In this document: in pieces, positions 9,640 to 18,984 of the stretch
How the letters are laid out: each line of letters starts with the position of its first letter
Position numbering within the stretch: position 1 is the stretch's first letter
DNA from: Promethearchaeota archaeon
GTDB lineage: Archaea > Asgardarchaeota > Lokiarchaeia > Sigyniarchaeales > SOKP01
Length of the DNA: 34,183 nt
Assembly: GCA_048938895.1 (NCBI GenBank)
Contig: JBHLLU010000043.1
Coordinates: 1 to 34,183, forward strand
Direction: 5' to 3'
The notes under the pieces: model-generated
Told to the model about the DNA's origin: nothing
The model's database searches: none
The model's input: only the letters and a program-made list of their open reading frames with translations
Made by a program: the position numbers and the translations under genes

Positions 9640-9696
9640 ATGAAACTTGCTACTACCCCTGAGTGGTGCTGGCAGTGGCCTTGGCGTTGGCGATGA
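9640..9696 (+). CDS. Trp-rich leader peptide (TrpL-like), MKLATTPEWCWQWPWRWR
   Basis: ATG AAA CTT GCT ACT ACC CCT GAG TGG TGC TGG CAG TGG CCT TGG CGT TGG CGA TGA; five TGG in nine consecutive codons, directly upstream of trpB2. Confidence 0.85.
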   Translation: MKLATTPEWCWQWPWRWR

Positions 9697-9700
9697 CGCC
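9683..9700 (+). promoter_or_regulatory. GNRA-capped hairpin overlapping the end of the leader ORF
   Basis: GGCGTTG-GCGA-TGACGCC: 7-bp stem (two G-U pairs) containing the stop codon. Confidence 0.6.
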
Positions 9701-9856
9701 CTTACATTGGATGAAATTTATTTAAACCTTACATTTTCTTAACATTAATTTTTTCATAAAATAAACTGATTTTCGTAGTGTGCATTAATCTATTGAATTC
9801 CAATATTTTAACGATACACATTTAATGTATAAAAACAATTATTTGTGGTAAGAAAA

Positions 9857-11260
9857 ATGGTAGATTATTTCAAAGCACGGATATTTTTAGAGCCAAATGA
9901 GGTTCCTAAGGAATGGATAAATATTGTTCCGGATTTACCTGCTCCTATGACTCCTTTGGTCAATCCTATGGATGGAAAACCGGCACCACCGGAAATGGCT
10001 TTCGCGATTTTTCCTAAAGAATGTGTTCTTCAAGAAGTATCTCAAGAGGAAACAATACCCATCCCAAATGAAGTCAGAGAAATATTCATCAGTACTTATA
10101 GACCAACACCTCTCCATCGCGCTTTAAGGCTGGAAAAAGAGCTAGGAATAGAAGGAGATGATATAAAAATATTCTATAAAAATGAGTCAGTATCTCCTAC
10201 AGGATCACATAAACCCAATACTGCTATTGCTCAGGCATTTTATGCGAAGAGAGATGGAATAGAAGAGTTGGTCACAGAAACGGGTGCGGGTCAATGGGGT
10301 TCAGGTTTAGCATATGGATGTAACTTATTTGATATTAAATGTACTGTTTATATGGTAAGAGCAAGTTTTATCCAAAAACCTGGTAGAAAAATTCTAATGA
10401 GAGCATATAATGCTGAAGTTCATGCGAGTCCTTCAAGTCTTACGGAATCAGGCAAACTCTTCGTAGAGAAAGACCCAGATCATCCTGGAAGTCTTGGAAT
10501 TGCAATTTCCGAAGCACTGGAACATAGTTTGAGCAGTGATAAAATTAGATATTCTTTAGGGAGCGTTGTAAATTTTGTTCTTCTACATCAAACAATTGTT
10601 GGTCAAGAAGCAAAGGTTCAATTAGGGAAAGTGGGGATTAAGAATCCTGATATCGTAATTGGATGCATGGGTGGTGGATCTAACTTCGCAGGGTTGATGA
10701 TTCCATTTGCTAAAGATAAATTAAATGGAATTAATCCGGATATTGAGATTATAGGAGTAGAACCGCGCGCTTGTCCTAGTGTCTGCAAAGGTGAATATCG
10801 ATGGGATTTTGGGGATACTTCAATGAAAGGTCCAATTGTGAAAATGCATACTCTTGGTCATACCTTTATTCCAAGCCCAATTCATGCAGGTGGATTAAGA
10901 TATCACGGAATAGCTCCTATTGTTTCAATATTATATAATAATAAAATAATTTCGGCAGAAATGCATCATCAAACCGAGGCGATAGGTGCGGGTTTACAAT
11001 TTGCTAAAGCAGAAGGGATCCTTCCTGCTCCCGAAACAACACATGCAATTAAGGAAGCTATCGATCAAGCTTTAAAAGCTAAGGAAGAGAAAGAAAAGAA
11101 AGTAATTCTCTTTAATTTTAGTGGTCATGGGTTTTTTGATTTATTAGCCTATAAGAATTACATGACTGGTGATTTAGAAGATTATGAATTACCAACTGAA
11201 GAAATCCAAAGGGCTCTAAGTTCAGATGAAATGCCAATAATTGATGAATCTCAATTTTAA
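9857..11260 (+). CDS. trpB2: Tryptophan synthase beta subunit, TrpB2 type (stand-alone)
   Basis: PTGSHKPNTA (PLP lysine), TETGAGQWG, HPGSLGIAISEA, GGGSNF, IHAGGLRYHG, PAPET, FSGHG. ATG 9857 preferred over GTG 9845. Confidence 0.95.
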   Translation: MVDYFKARIFLEPNEVPKEWINIVPDLPAPMTPLVNPMDGKPAPPEMAFAIFPKECVLQEVSQEETIPIPNEVREIFISTYRPTPLHRALRLEKELGIEGDDIKIFYKNESVSPTGSHKPNTAIAQAFYAKRDGIEELVTETGAGQWGSGLAYGCNLFDIKCTVYMVRASFIQKPGRKILMRAYNAEVHASPSSLTESGKLFVEKDPDHPGSLGIAISEALEHSLSSDKIRYSLGSVVNFVLLHQTIVGQEAKVQLGKVGIKNPDIVIGCMGGGSNFAGLMIPFAKDKLNGINPDIEIIGVEPRACPSVCKGEYRWDFGDTSMKGPIVKMHTLGHTFIPSPIHAGGLRYHGIAPIVSILYNNKIISAEMHHQTEAIGAGLQFAKAEGILPAPETTHAIKEAIDQALKAKEEKEKKVILFNFSGHGFFDLLAYKNYMTGDLEDYELPTEEIQRALSSDEMPIIDESQF

Positions 11261-11265
11261 TTATA

Positions 11266-11280
11266 TTTTTTTTTTTTTTT
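11266..11280 (+). terminator. Poly-T archaeal terminator after trpB2
   Basis: 15 consecutive T beginning 6 nt after the stop. Confidence 0.7.
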
Positions 11281-11343
11281 ATTTGGAAAATCTTAATACT
11301 TAAGGATACTTTAAATATTAAATATTCGAGAGATGGGTAATTA

Positions 11344-12408
11344 TTGGATCCCTTTTCCTTCATAATTGTTTTCTTTTTATACTTTATTGGTTCTATTCTC
11401 CTATATATTACACTATTATCAAAACAGAAAAATGAAAGAATAGCATTTGCCAATAATCTGGTAGTTTCTTTAACCTTTTTAGGATCCATTACAATCAATT
11501 TAATTATTATTCATATTATAAATCCGCATAATCCTCGCTTTATTGCATTCCCATTTGATATTTTAATGCTCCTCTTTATAATCTTATTTATCCCCCTTTT
11601 TTCCCTTGTTGTACTCCAAGAAAAGAGAAGAGTCGAAAAAGGAAGAATTTTTTTTACTGAGTTCAAAAAGCAAAAAACATTACCCCTAAAATATGATATC
11701 TATAGAAAGTTAGCTCATTTAGTTGTATTAGGGATCATCTTCTTCTATTTCACCCTGGGGTTTTTAATAAAAAATGTTTTTAGGTATATTGCGGAATTCT
11801 TACCAAATTTTATGATTGAAATGTTTGAAATGGGTGATGATATTATGACTTTCACCCAAAATTTAGTAGTATTTTTAGTCGGTGTATCATTAATAGGATT
11901 ATTAATCGCTGATTTTACTAGAATTTTAAAACCTAAATATTATCCTCTAAAACCTGTAAATCAACTACTCAAGGAAAAGGAATTGTTTACGAGGCTAGGC
12001 CCTCATATTTCTATGAGTATTGGTTGTTTTTCTATTATTCTTTTATTTGGACTTATTCAACCGATTGGCCCTTTAATAATCTGTACGTCTATGACTATGG
12101 CTGTTCTAGGAGACACTGCTTCGAATCTTTTTGGTCGGGTGGTTGGGAAAAGAAAAATTCGTGATACAAATAAAACCTATGAAGGATTATTTGCAGGAAT
12201 TATTGTAGCATTTATGTCAGGAGTAATTATTTTGGTGATACTAGAAAAGTTTTACATGCCAAAAAACTTTGGATTATTCTTAATACCCGCAATTGGCGCC
12301 GTAATCATTGGTTTTATTGATTATATAGATTTAGAAATTGATGATAATTTAACTTATAATTTTATTCTGTCAACGGTATTATTTTTTAGTTCGATTTTTC
12401 TTTTTTAA
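11344..12408 (+). CDS. CTP-dependent polyprenol (dolichol/phytol)/diacylglycerol kinase family membrane protein
   Basis: Polytopic; RKLAH, GDTASNLFG...G, KTYEG and DDNL motifs. Confidence 0.8.
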   Translation: MDPFSFIIVFFLYFIGSILLYITLLSKQKNERIAFANNLVVSLTFLGSITINLIIIHIINPHNPRFIAFPFDILMLLFIILFIPLFSLVVLQEKRRVEKGRIFFTEFKKQKTLPLKYDIYRKLAHLVVLGIIFFYFTLGFLIKNVFRYIAEFLPNFMIEMFEMGDDIMTFTQNLVVFLVGVSLIGLLIADFTRILKPKYYPLKPVNQLLKEKELFTRLGPHISMSIGCFSIILLFGLIQPIGPLIICTSMTMAVLGDTASNLFGRVVGKRKIRDTNKTYEGLFAGIIVAFMSGVIILVILEKFYMPKNFGLFLIPAIGAVIIGFIDYIDLEIDDNLTYNFILSTVLFFSSIFLF

Positions 12409-12460
12409 ATTAATTAATTTTAGTTATATCAAAACTTTTTTCAATTAAGATGGGTTATTA

Positions 12461-12973
12461 ATGAAAATGATGGAAGAAAAATTAAAAATTGATAAAATTT
12501 CTAAAGGTACTGTTATTGATCATATTGATGCGGGGTATGCTTTAACTATCCTTAGTCTCACGGGTCTAGATGAATCTAAAGATTTAATAACCATTGGTGT
12601 GAATGTCTCTTCAAAAAAATATCAAACAAAAGATATTATTAAAATTGAAAATGTTTTTTTGAATGAAACTCAAATGCAACAAATTTCAATACTTTCCCCA
12701 AATGCCAGTATTTCTCTAATTGAAAATTACAAGGTAATCGAAAAGAAGAAAGTTAACCTTCCAAAAATTATAAAGAAGCTTATTCTCTGTGTAAATCAGA
12801 CTTGTATTTCAAATTCTGATAAAGAGCCAATATCAAGCGAGTTCATGGTCCTAGAAGAGAAACCACTTAAAATTCAATGTATATATTGCGAACGGATCTA
12901 TAAATTAGAGGAAATTGTCTTTACTTCTAAAGAGAAGAAAGAAAAAATATTGAAACAACGAATCCAATTGTAA
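12461..12973 (+). CDS. pyrI: Aspartate carbamoyltransferase regulatory chain
   Basis: GTVIDHI, KDIIKIEN, Zn ligands CVNQTCIS and CIYCER. Confidence 0.95.
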   Translation: MKMMEEKLKIDKISKGTVIDHIDAGYALTILSLTGLDESKDLITIGVNVSSKKYQTKDIIKIENVFLNETQMQQISILSPNASISLIENYKVIEKKKVNLPKIIKKLILCVNQTCISNSDKEPISSEFMVLEEKPLKIQCIYCERIYKLEEIVFTSKEKKEKILKQRIQL

Positions 12974-12991
12974 TGGAAGAAAAGTTAGCAG

Positions 12992-13432
12992 TTAGATGAA
13001 TAATTCCAATATCGAAGAAAAATCAGGTATGAAAAATAGAATGGTGTGAATAAAAACACCACCGATCATAAATAAAAAAAAGAAAATACCAATTCCTGGT
13101 AATATGACATTTTTCCAACTCCATTCATCTTCAATGAATTCGTATTTTAAGACAAAAAAGTTTATGACAAAAGGAAATACAAACCACCAAGTTAACATCC
13201 ATAAAAATAAAAACCATCCTATCATTCCAAATATCAATCTTCCTATAATAGCACTTAAAAAACCTGTTATAGCTCGTATCCAATATAGTTTGGTTTCTTT
13301 TTCTAATCGAAGATCTAACCCTTTTGTTGACTTCTTTTCTACTTTAATTGATTTCTTTTGAAGTTCTTTCTTTTTCTCCTTTATTAACTTTTGCCTTCTT
13401 TTTTTAATATCAACTTTCTTGCGTTTTCCCAT
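12992..13432 (-). CDS. Three-TM membrane protein with Lys-rich N-terminus, possibly EMC6-like
   Basis: LYWIRAITGFLSAIIG first helix, second TM, and a GIGIFFFLFM third TM resemble EMC6/Rab5ip topology; the family call is tentative. Confidence 0.55.
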   Translation of the reverse strand: MGKRKKVDIKKRRQKLIKEKKKELQKKSIKVEKKSTKGLDLRLEKETKLYWIRAITGFLSAIIGRLIFGMIGWFLFLWMLTWWFVFPFVINFFVLKYEFIEDEWSWKNVILPGIGIFFFLFMIGGVFIHTILFFIPDFSSILELFI

Positions 13433-13506
13433 AATTATTAATATAAATATTATTTACTATAAAAATAATTATATAACTTGATAGACTAAAAAATAGACTA
13501 ACTCTT

Positions 13507-15564
13507 ATGAAGATTACAAAGGAGTTTTCCAATTTCGATGTATTTGCCATTACGAAAGAATTGGATATTATCCTAAGAAACGGATCAATTTTGAATATCT
13601 ATGAAGTTCAAGACTTGTTAATAATAAAAATAAATACAACGTCAGGAAAAAAGAATTTAATTATTAAAAAAGACTCCCGGATAAATATTACAGAATTTGA
13701 CTATCCAATCCCTGCATATCCTTCTCAATATATTAGATCTTTAAGAAAATTTCTAAAAAACCGAAGGATATTAAGTGTTTCTCAATATAAATTTGATAGA
13801 ATCGTTTTATTCGAATTAACGGACAGAGAGGGGGGATCTTGGACATTTCTGATTGAGTTATTTAATAAGGGGAATTTCTTGCTATTAGATCAGGACAATG
13901 TCGTAGTAATTGCGAAAAAATATCGCAAATTTAAAGAGAGAAGCATCCTGGCAAAAAAGGAATACAGTTTTCCTATTTCCCAAGAAGAGGATTTCTTCTC
14001 AATAAATAGACTGAATTTTAAAGCTCTTTTTAAAAATGCTGAAAATGAGATTGTGAGAGAGATTTCAAGAAATTTAAAGCTTGGAGGGTTATATAGTGAA
14101 GAAATTTGTCATAGGGCAAAGATCGATAAAAAGTTCCATGGGATAAAACTGAATGATAATGATCTTAATAATCTTTACGAGGGATTTAAGGATTTAAGGA
14201 ATCAACTTCTTTTCGGGTCAATTAAAGCCCATATAGTTAAAGATGACCAGGAAAATGAAATTACTGTTTTACCATTTGAATTAGAGATATTTAAGAATTT
14301 TGAAAAAATAGATTTCCCGAGTTTTAATGCTGCTGTTGATGAATTTTATTCAAAAATTGATTATGATTCTGTTAAAAGCCCAAAAAACCAAGCAATAGTC
14401 AATCAAATTAAAAGCCATGAGAAAGTTTTAGAAAATCAACAAGAATATCTTGATGAGCTCAAGATTAAAAAGACCAACTACTATGCAATAGGAGATTTTC
14501 TATATGCTAATTTCAATAATCTTGAAAAGCTTTTATTAGTTGTATCTGATGCGAGAAAAAAGGGTTATTCTTGGAATGATATCAATGAAAAATTACAATA
14601 CGCTAAGGCTCAAGGTGTAGATGGAGCAGAATTTTTTGTAAAAATTTTACCTTCAATGAACCAACTTTTACTTGATGTTAATGGAAATGACGTATATTTG
14701 GATCTGAGCGAAAGTTTGGGAGAAAATGCAAATTTAATATATTCAAAAGGTAAAAAGGCTGAAAAAAAGATAAAAGGAACAATAGAAGCAATTAACAATA
14801 CAAAAGAAAAAATTAAGAAATTAATAATTAAAAGGGATTCTATTGATACTGGTGTAGATTTTCTAATTCGAAAACCTAAGAAAAAATGGTTTGAAAAATT
14901 TCGGTGGTTTTTTTCTTCTGATGCCTTCTTAGTTATTGGTGGTAGAGATGCCACTTCAAATGAGATAATTTATAAAAAACATTTAGACAAACATGATTTA
15001 GTATTCCATACCAACTTTCCAGGTTCTTCGTTAGTAGTGATTAAAAACCCAGATAATAGAGAAATTACAACTAAAACTATCAATGAAACCGCAGAATTTG
15101 TTGCTAGTTTTTCTCGAGCGTGGAAGGAAAATTGGGGAGTTGTGGATATATTTTATGTAGAACCATCTCAAATAAGTAAAACACCCCCTTCAGGAGAATT
15201 CTTACAAAAAGGCTCTTTTATAATTTCGGGAAAGAAGAATATTATAAGAAATGTAAAGACAGAGTTAACAATTGGTTTATTCTTTGTAGAATTAAATGGT
15301 GCGTCAAGAACTGAAGAACAGATTTTATTTCCCCAAATTATTAGTGGTCCTGGGATTGCAATTAAAAAGCAAACAAAATATACAATTAGAATAGTACCAT
15401 CCAAATCAAGTAATTTAACTGCTGGAAAAATAGCTAAAGAAATAAAATCTCATTATCTTAAAATGGTAAATAAGGATTTAAAAAAGTGGGTTGAGATGTT
15501 GTCTATTGATGATATAATTCTTTTTCTTCCAAGTGGCTCATCTACCATCAAACTTTCAAGTTAA
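13507..15564 (+). CDS. rqc2: NFACT family ribosome quality control protein (Rqc2/NEMF/RqcH homologue)
   Basis: QYKFDRIV, IELFNKGNFLL, coiled coils, WFEKFRWFFSSD...GGRDATSNE, QISKTPPSGEFL-x-KGSFII-x-GK. Confidence 0.92.
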   Translation: MKITKEFSNFDVFAITKELDIILRNGSILNIYEVQDLLIIKINTTSGKKNLIIKKDSRINITEFDYPIPAYPSQYIRSLRKFLKNRRILSVSQYKFDRIVLFELTDREGGSWTFLIELFNKGNFLLLDQDNVVVIAKKYRKFKERSILAKKEYSFPISQEEDFFSINRLNFKALFKNAENEIVREISRNLKLGGLYSEEICHRAKIDKKFHGIKLNDNDLNNLYEGFKDLRNQLLFGSIKAHIVKDDQENEITVLPFELEIFKNFEKIDFPSFNAAVDEFYSKIDYDSVKSPKNQAIVNQIKSHEKVLENQQEYLDELKIKKTNYYAIGDFLYANFNNLEKLLLVVSDARKKGYSWNDINEKLQYAKAQGVDGAEFFVKILPSMNQLLLDVNGNDVYLDLSESLGENANLIYSKGKKAEKKIKGTIEAINNTKEKIKKLIIKRDSIDTGVDFLIRKPKKKWFEKFRWFFSSDAFLVIGGRDATSNEIIYKKHLDKHDLVFHTNFPGSSLVVIKNPDNREITTKTINETAEFVASFSRAWKENWGVVDIFYVEPSQISKTPPSGEFLQKGSFIISGKKNIIRNVKTELTIGLFFVELNGASRTEEQILFPQIISGPGIAIKKQTKYTIRIVPSKSSNLTAGKIAKEIKSHYLKMVNKDLKKWVEMLSIDDIILFLPSGSSTIKLSS

Positions 15565-16304
15565 ATTAGGTTTTTCCATTTTTTAATTTCTTGTATGTTT
15601 TTGTAATTATCAAATAATAAACCACCAATACCTAATGTAGTTAATGATTTTATTTTTTGCAACGGATTTTTATAATTCAGAAAATCCCATGATAATGGAA
15701 TAATCTTATTCTTATGACAGGCTTCAATAAATTCGCTTGAAATCAAATTCGAACGCAAACTTATCATGTCAAATTTCAATTTCTCCTTTTTAGAGTTACT
15801 CAAGTTCATAAATTCGTTTAAGGATAGTCCTTGTCCTTTAGTGATGTTATAACAAATTTTACCTTGAGGATAATTATTTTTAAAATAATTCAATTCATAT
15901 AAATTTCTTCCACTAATAATACAATCTTCTACTAAATCATAGCCATCAATAATCTTAACGAGTTCGTTGAGTATGTTAGGTTCTTTTAAATCAATCATGA
16001 ATCTTGCTCTTCCTTTTAGGATATCAAAGACAGTAGTTAGTAGTGGGATTTCTAACTGTTGAAGCTTAGTTTTGAAAATTCTGACTTCTTTAAACGTAAA
16101 TTTCTGCAATAAACCAGAACCATTTGTTGTCCTTTCCAAAGTTGCATCATGTAGTACTAGTAATTTTCCATCTTTCGTCTTTCTTACATCAAATTCAACA
16201 TAATTAGCCCCATATTCTATAGCTTTAATGAAAGCTGAAATTGTATTTTCATCAAAATCAATTCTAGTCCCTCTATGTCCAATAAATAGAAATTCTGAAA
16301 TCAT
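15561..16304 (-). CDS. Glycerophosphodiester phosphodiesterase
   Basis: GHRG, ENT, VEFDVRKTKDG-x-L-x-VLHD-x-TLERTT. ATG 16304 chosen because the 16439 start overlaps the upstream gene. Confidence 0.92.
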   Translation of the reverse strand: MISEFLFIGHRGTRIDFDENTISAFIKAIEYGANYVEFDVRKTKDGKLLVLHDATLERTTNGSGLLQKFTFKEVRIFKTKLQQLEIPLLTTVFDILKGRARFMIDLKEPNILNELVKIIDGYDLVEDCIISGRNLYELNYFKNNYPQGKICYNITKGQGLSLNEFMNLSNSKKEKLKFDMISLRSNLISSEFIEACHKNKIIPLSWDFLNYKNPLQKIKSLTTLGIGGLLFDNYKNIQEIKKWKNLI

Positions 16305-16309
16305 TATTA

Positions 16310-16738
16310 CTAGGATTCTTGGACTAAATAAAAATAAATAATTATTACAATCAGTCCAATAAAAGTGAGTGAGAATACTAAAAAATTTAAAAGAGTTTGT
16401 CCGATAGAAAGAATAAATAGCAATATCAATTCTTTCCAACTGAGTGGATTACCAGTTAATTCTTTATAATTTCCTAGACTAATCATCATGAACAGGAAAA
16501 ATAAAAGAATTGTTACAATTCTTATAAGAATATCTATAATGACAAACAAAATATTACCATTTGTGAAGACCGAAATTATTTCAAAATTGAACAGAAAAGA
16601 TATCACGTATAAAATTACACCAAAAATACATGAAATAATTACTGTTCGATATGCAAATTTATCGTCAGATCTTCGTTTGATCTTTAATTTTTGTTTTGTT
16701 ATTTGATCTTTCTTTAAATCTTTCGGTACCTTTGACAT
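16310..16738 (-). CDS. Membrane protein, about four TM helices
   Basis: 142 aa hydrophobic ORF tightly packed between co-oriented neighbours. Confidence 0.75.
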   Translation of the reverse strand: MSKVPKDLKKDQITKQKLKIKRRSDDKFAYRTVIISCIFGVILYVISFLFNFEIISVFTNGNILFVIIDILIRIVTILLFFLFMMISLGNYKELTGNPLSWKELILLFILSIGQTLLNFLVFSLTFIGLIVIIIYFYLVQES

Positions 16739-16739
16739 T

Positions 16740-17540
16740 TTAACTTCTTAATCGTTCAATTTTTTCTTTTAATTTAAAAATTTTATAAATATAAAACCCA
16801 AATAAAACTCCAATACTGCTATATACTATTATTGAGAAAACCATAAGTACCAAATCTGTTATTATTATTTCTCTTTCACTTGGTGGATTAATATTAATAA
16901 GAACAGTTTGGCTTTTTATAATGCCCTGTGGATAAGAAGGAACTTCTCCATAAGTTATGTTAAATGCATAACTATTATCATATTCTAATATTGAATCTTC
17001 TGTATCCCCATTTGTACCTGCTTGTTCAATTGGGATTGAAAATTCATAAATAGACACATCCCCTTCTAATGTAGCGGCACCATCACCATTATGGTTCGTA
17101 TCATTTAAAAAGACACTGTTATTAATATGAAAATCAAGGTAATTAAATTCATTCGCACTGATATTGATAAATTGGATAATTTTTGCATCAATAAAATCCT
17201 CTAAATTCTCAGAAGAATTTGTGGATATTAGTAATCCAAAAAATTCTGTTTCATTATGATATTCGCCTACTATATCAAGCTGAATCGATATAAAAAGATC
17301 TTTTTTGGTTTGCATAACCCATAAATCGATTGGTAAATCTATTAAGTCAACCTTAGTTTTAACAGCATCGTTCCATTCGTTCGTTGAATCATCAATAATT
17401 CCATCTATAATTGGAGCCTCTCCAAAGTTAGGATTAATCTCCTCAATAGCCCCATAACCACTAATGACACACAAAGATGAAACTATAGAAAGATTTACCA
17501 TTAAAATCCAAAATAAAATGTATAAAGATTGTTTTCTCAA
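16740..17540 (-). CDS. Surface protein with N-terminal signal, CBM9/DOMON-like beta domain and C-terminal TM anchor
   Basis: Hydrophobic N-terminus, APIIDGIID...EW motif, YEFSIP strand, C-terminal TM plus basic tail. Confidence 0.65.
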   Translation of the reverse strand: MRKQSLYILFWILMVNLSIVSSLCVISGYGAIEEINPNFGEAPIIDGIIDDSTNEWNDAVKTKVDLIDLPIDLWVMQTKKDLFISIQLDIVGEYHNETEFFGLLISTNSSENLEDFIDAKIIQFINISANEFNYLDFHINNSVFLNDTNHNGDGAATLEGDVSIYEFSIPIEQAGTNGDTEDSILEYDNSYAFNITYGEVPSYPQGIIKSQTVLININPPSEREIIITDLVLMVFSIIVYSSIGVLFGFYIYKIFKLKEKIERLRS

Positions 17541-17696
17541 AATATTGTTATATTATTAGTTTAGTTGAATATTAAAATTGATAATTAAAATTTAATTTAA
17601 TATTTTTCCTTACAGTTTTCAATAATCAATCAATATTGAAAAGAATAAAAATTCATATAAAAATAAGGAAGGATAACAAATCAAGTTCCAGATTAA

Positions 17697-18146
17697 TTAG
17701 GATAAAAATCTAGGGAGGAAAACGATGCAATTAAATTTATTTATATATGTAATAATATAGTTTAATAGGTTTCTGATTTCTCGCTTAGCATCAGATTGAT
17801 TAGAATTGTTGTATTCAGCAAAAGGTTTTGGTCCAATAGCTACAAGAACTCCAGATAAATCCTTTTCCCTTTTGATAAAGAACCAAAATGGTTTATTTTT
17901 TTCATTATCCTTTACAGTTATTAGCATCCAAGGATTTAATGTCCAATCACTTTCCTCAGGGTTCAAAACTTTTTCTATTGCCTGTTGAATAATGTATTTT
18001 TTAGACATTTTTATTGATTTACTAAGAGCATTGAAGAAACTTCTTTTTATTTTTAAGTATCCTTCAAAATAGATTTTAGCATCAAATAATTCTAATTTTT
18101 TATCTACTCCGTCTGCAATTTTTAAGGTAACAATCCAAGGTTTCAT
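17697..18146 (-). CDS. Hypothetical protein
   Basis: 149 aa; 4-nt ATGA overlap with the upstream gene. Confidence 0.75.
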   Translation of the reverse strand: MKPWIVTLKIADGVDKKLELFDAKIYFEGYLKIKRSFFNALSKSIKMSKKYIIQQAIEKVLNPEESDWTLNPWMLITVKDNEKNKPFWFFIKREKDLSGVLVAIGPKPFAEYNNSNQSDAKREIRNLLNYIITYINKFNCIVFLPRFLS

Positions 18147-18589
18147 AATTGATTGTTTTTACTATTCTTTAATCTTACTTCTTCAATTTTTATTTCTTTA
18201 AATATATTTTTAATTTTTTCTAATGAAGCATTTAAACTCTTGTTTTTATTGTCTGAAACGCTTAAATTCAAGTAGCACTCATAATAGATATTTTTTTTTA
18301 TTTTTAAAAATCCGGAGGTATGTATAACTTGAAATTTTTGAAGGAGTTTAGAGATTTCCTTTAATATCTTTTTCGATAATTTTATTCCAAAAAGTGTTAA
18401 TTTAATTACTTTTCCTTTCTTTATTGGATAAATTGATAATTTAACTGAATTTTCAATAGACGATTGTATTATTAATAAATTATCGTATGCTTTTAAGTCT
18501 TCAAATTTTGAGAGAGAATCTTCTAAATTAATATTCAAAATCCCTTCTGATTGTTGAATGTACGCATCGGTTATGTTTAATTTATCCAT
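18143..18589 (-). CDS. Hypothetical protein with ACT-like C-terminal domain
   Basis: KILKEISKLL...VIHTSG...YYECYL beta-alpha-beta-beta-alpha-beta pattern. Confidence 0.65.
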   Translation of the reverse strand: MDKLNITDAYIQQSEGILNINLEDSLSKFEDLKAYDNLLIIQSSIENSVKLSIYPIKKGKVIKLTLFGIKLSKKILKEISKLLQKFQVIHTSGFLKIKKNIYYECYLNLSVSDNKNKSLNASLEKIKNIFKEIKIEEVRLKNSKNNQL

Positions 18590-18639
18590 TTTATATAGAA
18601 TTGATATTTTTATTTAATTAATATTTTAATGATTTTTAT

Positions 18640-18984
18640 TTACTGATTTAATGTTTTTTTCTTAAGAGCATTTATTGTACCAGAAGTCTTTATAGGTGAA
18701 AAAATAACTCTTTTTCCGTTAATCTCTTGTACAAGCGTTAATGCTGTGATAATTACTTCTTTAGTTTCGTAAGAAAACCTAATAATACCATAATCTTCTT
18801 TTAAATTTAGTTCCACCAACCATAATCCAATTTTATTTGCTTCTCTCATACCAAAATACCGCCATATTGATTTCCAAATCGCCTTTAAAATATTGTTTTG
18901 ATCCAAAGACGCTTCGGGCTCACGTATTATTTTAAAAGCTATATATCTTTGCCTTTCCAATTTAACGATCCTTAATCTCCTCAC
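18640..18984 (-). CDS. rnp2: RNase P protein component 2 (Pop5/Rpp14)
   Basis: RQRYIAFKI, YFG, GIIR, KTSGTI motifs; coupled to rnp3. Confidence 0.92.
   Translation of the reverse strand: MRRLRIVKLERQRYIAFKIIREPEASLDQNNILKAIWKSIWRYFGMREANKIGLWLVELNLKEDYGIIRFSYETKEVIITALTLVQEINGKRVIFSPIKTSGTINALKKKTLNQ

Noticed and set aside
9640-9780. T-box riboswitch or TRAP-binding leader
   Set aside because: No T-box consensus or (G/U)AG repeat series; the TGG triplets are all in one frame after an ATG.
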